Positions 1 to 12,111 of a DNA stretch of 64,000 nt are shown here, piece by piece. The translations under genes were made by a program, and so were the position numbers. Location of the stretch: the NCBI RefSeq assembly GCF_006345805.1, contig NC_043005.1:7502001-7566000 (forward strand). Reading direction: 5' to 3'. This DNA comes from Octopus sinensis (taxonomy: Eukaryota). Below the pieces are notes generated by a model. That model saw nothing but the letters and a program-made list of their open reading frames with translations. It was not told the DNA's origin and did not search any database. Each line of letters begins with the position of its first letter. Position 1 is the stretch's first letter.

Positions 1-234
1 CTCTGTTACACTCTAACCATTCATCATCTGATACTGGATCATCTTCTCTAATGACCCCTTTGTTGTGGCAAGACATCTCCTTCTGTCTCTCTGTCTCTTT
101 GTCACACTCTAACCTTTCATCTTCTGATACAAGTTCCTTTCCTCAAATGCCCTGCCCCTCTCATAATTCCTTGTCTTGTGCAGTTACTTGGTTACCCTGC
201 CAGTGCTGGTGCCACATTAAAAGCATCCAGTCCA

Positions 235-472
235 CACTGTAATGTGGTTGGCGTTTGGAAGGGCATTTAACTGTAAAGATCATGCCAAAACTAACCTTAC
301 CTCTGCTAGTACGACATTAAAAGTCTACTCTATGGAGTGGTTGACGTTAGGAAGGGAATCCAGCCATAAAATCCCTGCCAAAACAGGTACAGTAGCTTAA
401 GGTAGTTTTTCTACCAGGCCAGCTCCTGTCAACTGTCCTACCCATGCATGCATGGAAGATGGATGTTAAACG

Positions 473-480
<8 letters not shown>
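235..480 (+). mobile_element. Degenerate RTE 3' UTR copy
   Basis: gagtggttgacgttaggaagggaatccagcc...catgcatgcatggaagatggatgttaaacgat. Confidence 0.7.
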
Positions 481-507
<27 letters not shown>

Positions 508-584
508 CGTGCATGCACGTGTGTGTATGTATGTATTGTAGTGATATATGTATAATAGCAGAAGAGAAAAACATCTCAGTTTAC

Positions 585-676
585 CTCTGCATCATAACAA
601 TTAGTCACTTCTGGGTTATAGCACTTGAGCCCTGAACATGTTTGACACTGCAATTTTTTTTGAAAAAGTGAGTAAT
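585..676 (-). CDS. LRR gene exon: start of Cys-rich post-LRR domain
   Basis: ttttcttatattttgcAG...|GTAAAC; 92 nt, phase 1-0; (D)YSLFQKKLQCQTCSGLKCYNPEVTNCYDAE. The gene continues beyond the window's left edge. Confidence 0.8.
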
Positions 677-944
677 CTGCAAAATATAAGAAAATATCCA
701 GTTAGCAACCAAAGATTGTCATGTATTGAAGTTATAGAAAATATTTGCTTTGAGGTGTAAAACAAAAATGTATAAATATGAGTGATTATAAAGTTTATAT
801 ACCAAATAACAAAGACTGTAAAAAAGCTTCAATTTTTCTGTTGGAATTGTTTCAAATTCTTTTCTTTTGTCTGAAGCAGATTTGTTGCTCATTCAATTCA
901 GCATGTTTCTAGAGTGTAATGGCAGCAATGATATTAATAGAAAT

Positions 945-1100
945 TCTTGTTTCATATGTGTTTCTTGTTATATGTGTTTCTTGTTATATGTGTTTCTAAG
1001 TCCTGGTGTTTTTGTTATGTATTTGTCTGAATATTTTTTTATCATGCCTAATGCACCTACTATGATACATAAATATTTGAAGAGAGGTAGTGTTAATCAA
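945..1100 (-). mobile_element. Short R4/Dong-like RLE fragment
   Basis: Near-identical to 3270-3360 (ttatatgtgtttctaagtcctgg...gcacctactatgata). Confidence 0.7.
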
Positions 1101-1279
1101 CAGGTATTTATTTTAATGTCCCCACAAATTATGAAAAGCAAAGAGATGTTTTTGGTAAACAAAGTAGGTTGTGACTAAATACTACTAGGTATTTTAATCA
1201 ATGCTCTCCTGGTTCTGTAAATGATTATAGTAATATCAAATTACAAAATAATAATAGAAATAAGGGGTATATTACTTAC

Positions 1280-1449
1280 CATGACATAATGGATATCTTG
1301 ATGGATGTATTATATTTAGTTGGTTTGGGCCATGCCCCATATTGCAGTGGCTCCTGACAATCACGTGTCTGTTATATGTTTTATTTATATAATCAACAAC
1401 AGCTGGCAAATGACATCCACAGAACAAGTCTTTATTGTCTCTCAAGTCA
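1280..1449 (-). CDS. LRR gene exon: last LRR + LRRCT cap
   Basis: ttctctctgtaattacAG...|GTAAGT; 170 nt, phase 2-1; DLRDNKDLFCGCHLPAVVDYINKTYNRHVIVRSHCNMGHGPNQLNIIHPSRYPLCH (CxC...C...C cap). Confidence 0.88.
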
Positions 1450-3117
1450 CTGTAATTACAGAGAGAATGCTAACAATATTTTCATGAGATCAATAAATTC
1501 CTAGATACAAAAGTTAAGTAATTTAGAGCAGATGCTCAGAGGATGTGACATTTTTTCATAAGGCATAACTAGTATGAGTGGAGTGAGATGGTTTCTAGTG
1601 GAAACTAGACTTTTCAGATTTTGCTTTCTAGTAACTTATGTCTTAAATAAGTCTCTTTGTTAGAAGATTTATAGCCAATTAAATCAACTCAATTGTACAT
1701 ATTCTTCCTTTTTGTGGTAAATTATCAATGGAGAACTTGAAACTGAATGGAAACAGGATGAAACTGAAACATGAATGGAAATTGAATCTGGTAGGATCTG
1801 ACCTTAAAGTGGGAAAATATTAAAGCCATTCACGCTCACCACATCCCACCAGATAGTGTAAAGATTTATAAGAATTAGAAAGTGATACATTCATTTTATA
1901 TAAGAAATAACTAAAGACTTGTTGAAGTTAGATCCAGATTGCAGTGAGCTTACCACTTACTTTCTTGATCTATTAAATTGTTCACAAATAACCAGTCAAC
2001 AAAATATTAGAAGTAGTTCTGGGAGAAAACATCCAAATTGTTGATTCTGAACAACATCTTGTTATGTGCAATTAGCTCAGATTTTAGGACTGCTTGAACT
2101 TTCCCAAAACATTCCTTCCTGATTCTCTCTTTCATGCTTGCATGCTGAATGCCAAAGCCTTCATTTATTACCTGGTATTTGTAAGTTTATTCCTGTTCAA
2201 GCTCTTTTTTAACTGTGTCAGCATCTAACATGACTGAATTTGAGGTCTTCAAATTCCTTTTTCTGGAAAATAGACTTGGCACTGAATGCTTTCAAAGTAC
2301 ATGCTAGGCCTGTTCTAGAGGATTTTCAGGCTGTAGCCCATGGATAATTTTCAGAAATCCCTAATCTGGCAATGCTACTGAGAGCAATGTTGTTTCTGGA
2401 TAATCTCTACAATCATGGAAGTGCCATCAACCAGGGTTGCCTGAGATATGCACAGAACTACAAAACTGTTCAGCATGCTCTTGTCCTAGCATTGCTAACT
2501 AGTGGGTTCATGTCAAACACCTGTTGTCATGTGTAGGATGGTTCCAGTCATTGGCTGTGTCCATTGTAAAGATCATCTCAACACCTTCCTTTGACTAACA
2601 AAGGCAGGTAATGCTAATTTTTCTGGTGACTTTAGTGAAAGAGGTTGCATTGTTAACCAGATTGAAAGGGCTGAAGATAGACACTTTAGTCTTTGGTCAA
2701 GCATATGTCATGAAAAGGTAAAGGAAAATTAAGGTTAGAGAGAAAAGTGATGTTTCCCAGCAATTTTGTTAAAAGGTAGGTGAATGTGGCAAGAATGGTC
2801 TAAGTCAATGGACCTACTGTAAGCATGTGCCTGCAGATTAAAGGAAGATGTTGTAGAGAAGGTACTTGCCCCGGTGGTCAAGGCGATTGAGGTTTCCACA
2901 AGCAGCCCAAGGAAGTCTCTCATTTTGGGGGAATTATTTATTTTTAGAATTTATATTGTTAGTGGGTTTTTTTTTTACTTTTTTCATTCTTCTTTATGTA
3001 AACCCACAATGCATTGTCCTATACCATCCCCAATGCTTTTTGTGATCCTTAGTGGTGAATAAAGAAAAGATTATTATTGTTGCTGTTGTTATCATTATTT
3101 ATTATTATTATTATTAT

Positions 3118-3543
3118 TCAGTAGTTTTATTTTTATAGTGTGCTTTCACTTCACTACCGAGCGCAGCTCTGTGTGCCTTGGGTATGTGCTGTGATTTGTT
3201 GTGATGCTCTGATGGTTATTGTATGGAAAGTGTTCTGCGTAGGATGTGTGCAGTGCCTAGTAGTGCAATTTTCTGTATGTTATATGTGTTTCTAAGTCCT
3301 GGTGTTTTTGTTATGTATTTGTCTGAATATTTTTTTATCATGCCTAATGCACCTACTATGATAGGAATTGTTTCTGTTTTCAGGTTCCACATTCTAGTTA
3401 CCTCTATTTCCAGGTCTTTGTATTTTGAGAGTTTCTCCATTTCTTTTAGAGACACGTTGTCATCTGCCGGTATTGATACATCAATTAGAAAGCATTTTTT
3501 TTCTTCATGATCTCTGACAACTATATCTGGTCTGTTGGCCTTA

Positions 3544-3545
<2 letters not shown>
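3118..3545 (-). mobile_element. 3' fragment of RLE-type (R4/Dong-like) non-LTR element
   Basis: RPDIVVRD...LIDVSIP...EKLSKYKDLEIEVTRMW...IVGALG restriction-like endonuclease; flanked by (TAA)n. Confidence 0.85.

Positions 3546-3635
<90 letters not shown>
3543..3635. repeat. (TAA)n microsatellite
   Basis: Direct reading. Confidence 0.97.
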
Positions 3636-4164
3636 GTCTCTCTATTGGTAAGATGACTCTCAGATCGCTAGTAAAATTTTGCTTGCTTAACTTTGTTTGA
3701 AAAACTTTATTGTAAAACTGCACCAGGTTGTTTCCAAACTGAGCAGGATTCTGTGGAGCTGGTCAGTTTTGCCTTGTTCTTGTCATTTGCAGGGAACTGA
3801 ATTGAATTATCAACAGAATGTCAGAGGGAGGTAAATAGTGTCAGGAGCAAAAGTTATAAAACCTCCATCTCCACCATAAGGGTGACTGTAAACCAAAGAA
3901 CCACCAATGTCAATACAACAGGCAGCAGTAATAGAAACACATACAACAACAATGGCAACAAACACCAAAGAGTGAGCAGCAACATCGGGTAATTGGTTCA
4001 TCAGATGAAGAAGCTAGTGATGGCGGACAAGAAGAGATCAAGGCCAACAATACATGAGAGAGCAACGTCTGCCTTGGTGAACAAGCATTGATGAGGACTG
4101 AGGATAGGCTAGATTTCTCACTTGTAGATAGTTGTTTATAGACAGAAATAATTGTTGGTAGGGG

Positions 4165-4630
4165 ATCATCATCATCATCATTATCGTTTAACGTCTGTTT
4201 TCCGCGCTAGCACGGGTTGGACGGTTTGACCGGGGTCTGGGAAGCTGGGGGCTGCACCAGGCTCCAGTCTGATCTGGCAGTGTTTCTACAGCTGGATGCC
4301 CTTCCTAACGCCAACCACTCCGCGAGTGTAGTGGGTGCTTTTTACGTGCCACCTGCACAGGTGCCAGGGGGGTCTGGCATCGGCCACGATCGGTTGGTGC
4401 TTTTAACGTGCCACCGGCACGGAAGCCAGCCAAGGCGGCGCTGGCATTGGCCACATTCGGATGGTGCTTTTTATGTGCCACTGGCACAGATCCCAGTCGA
4501 GGTCACGTTCGGATGGTGCTTTTTATGTGCCACCAGCACAGAAGCCAGTCGAGGTGGCGCTGGCATCGGCCATGTTCGGATGGTGCTTTTTATGTGCCAC
4601 TGGCACAGAAGCCAGTCGAGGCAGCGCCTG
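4165..4630 (-). mobile_element. RTE 3' UTR copy with internal ~60-bp tandem repeats
   Basis: (CAT)n tail and gatgcccttcctaacgccaaccactc core; repeated ggatggtgctttttatgtgccac units. Confidence 0.85.
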
Positions 4631-4913
4631 ATTTAACTTTTTTGAGATACTTTAAGTAGGTGTTTGCTATTCCATGAAATGATTTTGAAATCATGGTGAT
4701 GTGAAGTGAGTTGAGATAGCAGGTAGAGGTAGCGAGCTGGGATAGGAGGTGGGAGTGACATCAGTAAATATAAAATGTGACAATTATTCAGTGTCATGGC
4801 AACCGAATAATTGTCACATGTTACATTTACAGATAAATGCCTCTATTTGCATAATATCGAGGTCTCTTTCATTCTTTTGTTGTCTTGCCATTTCTATCAA
4901 TATATATATATAT

Positions 4914-5205
4914 CATCATCATCATCATCATCATCATTATTGTTTAGCGTCCGCTTACCATCCTGGCAAGGGTTGGATGGTTTGACTGAAGTCTGGCAAG
5001 CCAGTGGGCTGCACCAGGCCCCAGTCTGATGCAGTAATGTTCCTACAGCTGGATACCATTCCTAATGCCAACCACTGTGTAGCGGGTGCTTTTTACTTGC
5101 CACTTGCATGGAAGCCAGTCACAGGGCACTAACCACATTCCGATGGTGCATTTTATGTGCCAATGACAAAGGAGCCAGTCAGCGGGCACTGACATCAACC
5201 ATGCT
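4914..5205 (-). mobile_element. RTE 3' UTR copy
   Basis: (CAT)n tail plus the same core. Confidence 0.8.
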
Positions 5206-5411
5206 TGGATATACATATATATAAAACAGGCAGGCTGGCAGGCACACAGGCAGGTGGGTGCCAATCCTGTAAGATATTAAGCAATAGAATGGTAACTTAC
5301 CTTTTTTTTTAATGTGTACTTATGATTATGGATCGAATATGATCAAATCAATCCTGATAGTATTTGAATGTAGTTATCAGAATCGAAAGCAAAAACTTTT
5401 CTAAGATATAC

Positions 5412-5628
5412 GTATTCTTTTCTACTCAAGAGTAAGTCCAAAATTTTGGGGGAGGGGTCCAGTCGATTAGATCGACCCCTGTATGCAAATGGTGCTTAAT
5501 TTATTGACCCCAAAGGGATAAAGGGCAAAGTTGAACTCGGCAGAATTTGCACTCATAATGTAAAGACAGAGAAAAAACTGCTAAGCATTTTGCCTGGCTG
5601 GCTAATGTTTCTGCCCGTTCACTGCCTT
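5412..5628 (-). mobile_element. SINE with Deu/Nin-like core
   Basis: Reverse complement of aaggcagtgaacgggcagaa...tttgccctttatccc...ggggtcaataaattaag; TSD-like taagatatac on both sides. Confidence 0.78.
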
Positions 5629-5779
5629 ATAAGATATACTTATTAAGCTACCAATATTTCTACCAGCTAAAAACTTTTTCTTGTTAGTTGTATAAAACAA
5701 ACAATTGTGAATTTGCTAACTTCTACACTTAGGTTTTACTTTTGTAATTAGTGTTAAAATTATGGTTTGTTATACATAC

Positions 5780-5851
5780 ATTTCAATTATATTGGGGAGA
5801 AATAAGAAAGAACCATCTTGAAAACGCCTGATTTGGTTGTTCCTCAAAATT
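5780..5851 (-). CDS. LRR gene exon (72-nt LRR)
   Basis: tttgtctttgtttcAG...|GTATGT; (L)ILRNNQIRRFQDGSFLFLPNIIE(I). Confidence 0.9.
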
Positions 5852-7359
5852 CTGAAACAAAGACAAAAACAAATATTTAGTAAGTTAAGGTGTCTAAGTA
5901 AATAGTAATGGATTTTGAATTCTCTTGTTCATAAATATCTGAATTTCCCTTCAGTCAAAGCAAACAAAATAAATTCTCATTGTCACAGTACAATTCTTCG
6001 TTTCTCTTTATGCTTCTCTTGTCTGCATAATTTAGAGAGAAATAAGTTCTATGAAACAAACTTATCATAGATATGCTAAGTGAAGAGAAAATCTTCTGTG
6101 TTGCCACAACAGTACTATATCAAACATGATAATAAAAACACAATCAAAAGAACAACATAACTATTTTATGTCTGCAATTAATGTGAGATTTTTATGTAAC
6201 ATTCTCATCTATGAAACATATATTTCAGGGTTGGACATACTTAGCAATTAACTTGCTCATTGATCATGTGTTGAAACTTAGCTAACGATATCACATAAGA
6301 CTCAATGTAGCCAACTGAAAACATATAAAAATAGTTAAATTCACCAAAAAAAAAAGAAAAAAAAAAGAAATTCATGATTTGTCTGTTCATCACCAAGTTG
6401 TAAATTGACAAATCATGGAACCAGGAAATCATTAGCAACAATTGATATCAAAATGTCTAGGTCAATATATTACGGAATCATATGTCTGAAAGGTCAAAAC
6501 GAAAAGCATAAAACGTGAGACTTGTAAGACCTTTCTATTTACAAAATTTCAAGCAGTTGCATTGGAATGCTAGTGATCAGGTCACAGAGGTATGACAGAA
6601 ATTTTCACACTTCAAAAAAGAGATGAAAATGAATTAAATGTTTTTGAGAGCTAAAACGCTCCTACACAATGAAATTGATATAAATATTACTTTCAACATA
6701 TTTTATAATATATTAACATAACCACATGGAAGAGAAGAAATTTAGAAATATTATACATTTCAATATGCCCTCAGAACAGGGTGACACATGCGTGATCACA
6801 TAGTCTCAACAGCTTTTGTGTGGTCTTTTCACTGACTTCCATCAGGTTTCCATAAAAGGGTTTACTTGTCATATGTTGCTGCCATTTTACCACTTCATGG
6901 TGATGTAAGAAGAGGAAAACATCATCACACTTACATCAACAACAGGATTACAGATACTGGCCTGGAATGTACCTAGGACCTTAAGGCAGTGATGTAGGAC
7001 TGCAAAGTGTAGCAGGTAAATTTTGTTGTGGCCCAGGTTGGAATCCAGCCATAAGAAGACATTTCGATATTAAAATTTATAAAACAATAATATTGGATAT
7101 CTTAAGAACAGATCACTGTAGGTAGACACATGATAGATATTCTTATATAACCTTTAGTTGAAAACTATGTCTTTCACAGTATCAAAACTTAGTTCCAGAT
7201 TGTAGGAAATAATAATACTTTAGAATTGCGTATGGCTTAAATATTAGAAGACTGATAAAAAAAAACAAGCAAAATACTAAATAGCATGTACTACTGTTAT
7301 ACATGATATGAGGAGCATTTTAGAAGTTTGGAAAATTTTTTAGGAGAATAAGTTATAAC

Positions 7360-7573
7360 TGCAGTGTGGAAGGTGTTTATAAGCCATTTAAGAAACACAC
7401 AAAAACCGTTAGATTCACTTCAACATTTAAATTTAATTTGCCAATTTTGTCAGTGAACAGGTCGCGGTCTCAAAGCAACAAAAATATTTTGGTAAATTAA
7501 ATTTAAATGTTGAAATAAATCTAACAGTTTTTGTGTGTTTCTTAAATGACTTATAAACACCTTCCATGCTGCA
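7360..7573. repeat. Foldback/MITE-like hairpin with 85-bp arms
   Basis: 7360-7444 is the reverse complement of 7489-7573 with few mismatches. Confidence 0.85.
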
Positions 7574-7683
7574 ATTGTTTTCGTTCCAGCACACGATCTC
7601 AGATCAGTTCACTTGCTATGCAGGTACATCTCTGTAAGTTATAACTGTCCTAGATTATTAAAATTATAGTTTGAAGATAGCTG

Positions 7684-8546
7684 TGTGAAAAAGTGTCACA
7701 CCCTAGCAGTTGAGGGAACCTGTGGAAGAGGTAGACCCAGGAACATTTGGGACAAGGTGGTGAAGCATGATCTTCGAACATTAGGCCTCACCAAGGCAAT
7801 GACCAGCAACCGAGACCTTTGGAAATATGCTGTGCATGAGAAGACCCAGCAGGACAAGTGAGACCATAACCCATGGCCTTTACCAGGATGTAGCCAGCCC
7901 ACTTATGCATACCTTTCCTTCTTTGGACACGAAACTCTGCTTGCGAAGACCTGTTGAGGCAAGTGAAATCAAAATTAAATTCGAAATCGAACCAAATTCA
8001 TCGACTGGCACCCATGCCAACCTCCCTTCACTGGACACTAAACTCTGCTTGCAAAGACCTGTTAAGTGAAATCGAAATTGAACCAAATTCGATGACTGGC
8101 ACCCATACCAGTGGAGTGCTAACAGCTCCATCCAAGCGGGATCACTGCCAGAGCAGCTGTCTGGCACATAAAGTGCACCATTTGAGCATGATCATTGTCA
8201 GTGTTGCCTCACTGGCATTTGTGCCGGTGGCACATGAACAAAACATTTGAGCGAGGCTGTTGCCAGTGCTGCTCGGACTGACTCCTGTGCAGGTGGCACG
8301 TAAAAAACACCATATTCGAGTGTGGCCATTGCCAGTACCGCCAGACTGGCCCTCGTGCCAGTGGCATTTTAAAAGCACCCACTACACTCTCGGAGTGGTT
8401 GGCGTTAGTAAGGGCATCCAGCTGTAGAAACTATGCCAGATCAGATTGGAGCCTGGCACAGCCATCTGGTTCTCCAGTCCTCAGTCAAATCATCCAACCC
8501 ATGCTAGCATGGAAAGCAGACGTTAAACGATGATGATGATGATGAT
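7684..8546 (+). mobile_element. RTE-clade LINE 3' end (ORF2 C-terminus + long 3' UTR)
   Basis: TLAVEGTCGRGRPRNIWDKVVKHDLRTLGL...DLWKYAV; 3' UTR ends catgctagcatggaaagcagacgttaaac(GAT)n. Confidence 0.88.
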
Positions 8547-8699
8547 AATTACTATATATGTAATAAACTGGCCCACCAACTTCTTTTATTGGAGATTGAA
8601 AGAGTTGGCTGTAACAGAACTTTAAACACATCCCACTAAACGATGCTTGTCAAGGATGACTAGTTTGTAGAATTCAGTTGAGACATTTGGAAGTCCACT

Positions 8700-9485
8700 G
8701 TGCAATAAAAAAGTTTTTTTTATGTGTTAAACTAAGAAAAAATGCTACAGAAACTTGTGAAATGCTCCAGACTACTTATGGATTAACTTATATTAGCTGA
8801 GCATCTGTTTCTTGCTGGCACAAGAGGTTCAGAGATGGTATGTGCAAGGGACAGGAATGTCAGAATACTGGAGCTGGTTGAGAAAATTTGCAGCTTTCTT
8901 GATGAAGATCATCATGTGTCTATCAACTCAATAAATGTACAATGTGGCAACTGTATACAGAAGTATTCATAAAAATCTGAACAAGCACAAAATTTGCATA
9001 AAGTTTCTTCCAAGGGTGCTCAGTGATGAACACAAGGAAAGATGCAGTGGTGACAGTGTGGAGATAGCTGGCTCATTAACTCCAATCAAAGAGTACTCAA
9101 GTCTCTACTGAACTGTGACAAAAGCTGGATCTGTTATAACCCAGAGACCAAGAGACAGAATGCCCAATGGAAGTAACCTGGCTCTCTCAGACCCAAGGAC
9201 TGTCCTTCATCCTTCCTATAGTCCAGATCTTGCTCTCAGTGAGCTCTGGTTGTTCTCTAAAGGAGAAACACAGAGAATCACTTTTGAAGATGTTAAGATG
9301 AAGAGGTCCTGGATATCTTAACTTTGGAGGAATTCCGTGGGGCCTTCACTAAGTGGCTGGAGTGCTACAATAAGTGTACTGAAGTCAGAGAGTCCTACCT
9401 TGAAAGAGACTGGAGTTTTGTACTTCCCTGAACTTAATAAATGTGTTTCCTGGAAAAGAATCAAAATATCCGGGTGCACCTCATA
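8700..9485 (+). mobile_element. Highly degenerate mariner relic (different family)
   Basis: Decayed N-terminal FF.VKL.KNATETCEML..TYG and HPSYSPDLA.SE.WLF motifs. Confidence 0.65.
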
Positions 9486-9597
9486 CCTATATTACATCTT
9501 ATTACCAACTAACAAAAAAAAACTACATTTTCAGTACACAATCATACCATTGTAAAACATTGAAAATATACAGAACACATAAATAACAATTACTTAC

Positions 9598-9669
9598 AAT
9601 TTCTCCAAAGATGGCAGATGTTGAAACATTGTTGATGGGATGGATGGCAGCCTATTTCCATAGAGATGC
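9598..9669 (-). CDS. LRR gene exon (72-nt LRR)
   Basis: gcattttAG...|GTAAGT; (L)HLYGNRLPSIPSTMFQHLPSLEK(L). Confidence 0.9.
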
Positions 9670-9812
9670 CTAAAATGCAGTCAACATAGACATATATATA
9701 TATAGAGAGAGAGAGAGTCAACGTATACATATATATATACAGAGAGGCCTTAAGCCAACAGGTTTTGGGATCTGATGATACACCATAAACCTAAGCATTT
9801 TATGGACTAACT

Positions 9813-9853
<41 letters not shown>

Positions 9854-10239
9854 AGAGTAAGCACATAAATGTGAAAGAAGGTGGAAAAAAGAGTACTCAA
9901 ATACCAGAGGTAGACTAATATGCTTTATTTAAAAGCAGCAGAAAAATAACAAAAGCTGTTACTCAGAGTTTCATGTTCCCATTTGGCAGACAGTTTTGTT
10001 AAAACAGAACAGAAATAAGGATATGATCAAAACTAGTTAAAGGATACACCTTTAAAAATGGATTTGTTTCATTGGTCCTTTCAAATAACGGTCTTAAGCA
10101 TACAATGAACAAAATAAACAAAATAAATGAGTTCAATATAAATTCATCCTATTATAAAAAAGGCAAACATTTATATGATAACATTTCCAGTCACTTAAGA
10201 TCAGAAGCCATTAGAGCCAGTGCCTGATTATCCTTATTA

Positions 10240-11780
10240 TTACTATTATTTAAGATGTGACACAGTATCCAATATCATGATGTTGATTGAAGGTATTGTG
10301 TCTACCGGAGGTTTGTACTGTTTGTCAAGTCACAACAAGGACCTCAGACAGACAGTACTTTTTTACAATATATTTATGCTGTTCCAAGTAATGCTGATTT
10401 TTGCAATACACCTAGATTGTAGAGTATTTCTAAAGTTTCCAGATGTTTCTTCAGGTTGTGTGGTATTGAACTCAATGCTCTGATGACAATAGGAGCAACC
10501 TTTATATTTGACTCATAGCTGTCACATCTTAGTGATCTCAGTTCTCAGGTCTCCATATTTATCGATCTTTTCTCTTATTTTCATGATCTCTTGGCATTGC
10601 CATGTTGATTATTAGGCACTCTTGTTGGTGCTTCCTAAAGGTTACCATGTCCAGCCTTTGATGCTCTAACACCCTGTCTGTTTGGATGTCAAAGTCCCCA
10701 GAAGATTTTTGCCTTCCCTTTTTCATCCATTACCTTTTCTGGTGTATGTTGGTACCAAGCACCCGTTACCTTATATCCATACTTCCAGCATAGTAGCCAG
10801 TGAACGTTTTGGGCTATCTTGTATCTGTGCTTGTACTCTTTCTGTGCAAGACTTTCACAAGCACTAACAATGTGAGTCACGCTTTCAACCCTCTTCCCAC
10901 ACATTCTGCAGAGGTTCGTTGTACTTGTGTGATATATATCTCTTTTCACTGAGTTGATATTCAATGCCTGATCCTAGGCAGCAATGATTAGGCTTTCAGT
11001 CTTCTTTTTTAAGTCACCCTTGCTGAGCCACCTCCATGATGCTTCATGATCTTTTAAGTTGTTAGTTTCATGGTGGAACTGATCATGTAATTCCATGCGG
11101 ACTAGTGTTTCTTCTCTCTAATTGGCTATTCATGATTGGAATTGATTAACACTCTCAAGTCCATTTTTGGTAACTCCTTCTGTATTAGCAGCATACTGTA
11201 GCTGATCTTGTTTGTTATTTATCAAATACTCTATCATGCTTCCTCTTTCACTGTTGATGCACTCCTATATGCTAATCACCTTTACACCTCTTTATGTAGA
11301 CCCTGTGTACGTTCACCTTAGACTGGAGGGCACCATGCAACATCATTGTCTTTCAGGTTGTGCAATTGAGTTGGTCAATCTCCACTTGCATCCATTTCAG
11401 GATGAGTACACTAAAGCAGACTACAGCAACAGCCCATCATCATAGTTGTACTCACCATCATCTGGGTCTTCCATTCTCTCTCTATTTGGCAATTCTATGC
11501 CCTTACTATCTGCTCTTTTTCCCTGTTTCAAAATGAGCACCACACACTTTGAGATACCGATTTCCATTCCTATATCTTTCCTGTACAACTGTACAGTCTC
11601 AACCAGCCTCTCTCCATTTCAGGCTCTGTTTTTGTGATCAGTTTTAAATCATCCATGAAGAGAAGGTAGTTCAGATGGGGTCCATTCTTTCTCAATTCAT
11701 AGTGCACATTGACTTTGCATAGGACTAAAGAAAGTGGAATCAAGGCTGTACAAATAACAAAGGTAAACAAGAGTCTCCCT
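10240..11780 (-). mobile_element. Degenerate R4/Dong-like element (RT end, zinc motif, RLE)
   Basis: LFMDDLKL RT motif, CRMCGKRVESVTHIVSAC zinc motif, decayed RLE; TAA-like repeat at the 3' flank. Confidence 0.82.
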
Positions 11781-12039
11781 GGAGACTCGTGTGTGTGTGT
11801 GCATGTGCATGTGCTGTGTGTGTGTGTGTGTGTGTGTGCGATCGAATGTATGTGTATGCATGTGTTTCCATAATTTTGTTTGTTGTGGCATTTCATTAAT
11901 CAGTGCTAACAGAGTACACCTACAATCAAAAGTTTCCTAGACACACAGAGAGGCAAAAAATGAGAAAGAGAGGGGAAACTTTTAAGTTTTAGAAACCTAA
12001 AACTAATGAAATAATGTCAACGTGTTTGATGCAACTTAC

Positions 12040-12111
12040 AATGACTTTAAATTGTTAAGATTTCTGAACTTTCCGTTTGAAATAAATGTGATTCTGTTAT
12101 AATATAGATAT
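12040..12111 (-). CDS. LRR gene exon (72-nt LRR)
   Basis: tttcttgtttcAG...|GTAAGT; (L)YLYYNRITFISNGKFRNLNNLKS(L). Confidence 0.9.

Noticed and set aside
1961-2048. Candidate LRRCT exon containing VDWL
   Set aside because: Stops in every frame; the real LRRCT exon is 1280-1449.
4330-4625. Regularly spaced ~23-nt repeats resembling a CRISPR array
   Set aside because: The intervening parts are also similar to each other; this is an internal tandem repeat of the RTE 3' UTR in a eukaryotic context.
6241-6314. Candidate exon with good acceptor and donor
   Set aside because: 74 nt, not LRR-like, and all three frames contain a stop.
6935-6999. 65-nt open candidate exon
   Set aside because: Phase 1-0 is incompatible with the flanking phase-2 exons, and it has no LRR pattern.
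9765-9800. CTGATGA at 9769 as a second hammerhead
   Set aside because: No GAAA...UH arm or pairing stems could be placed.
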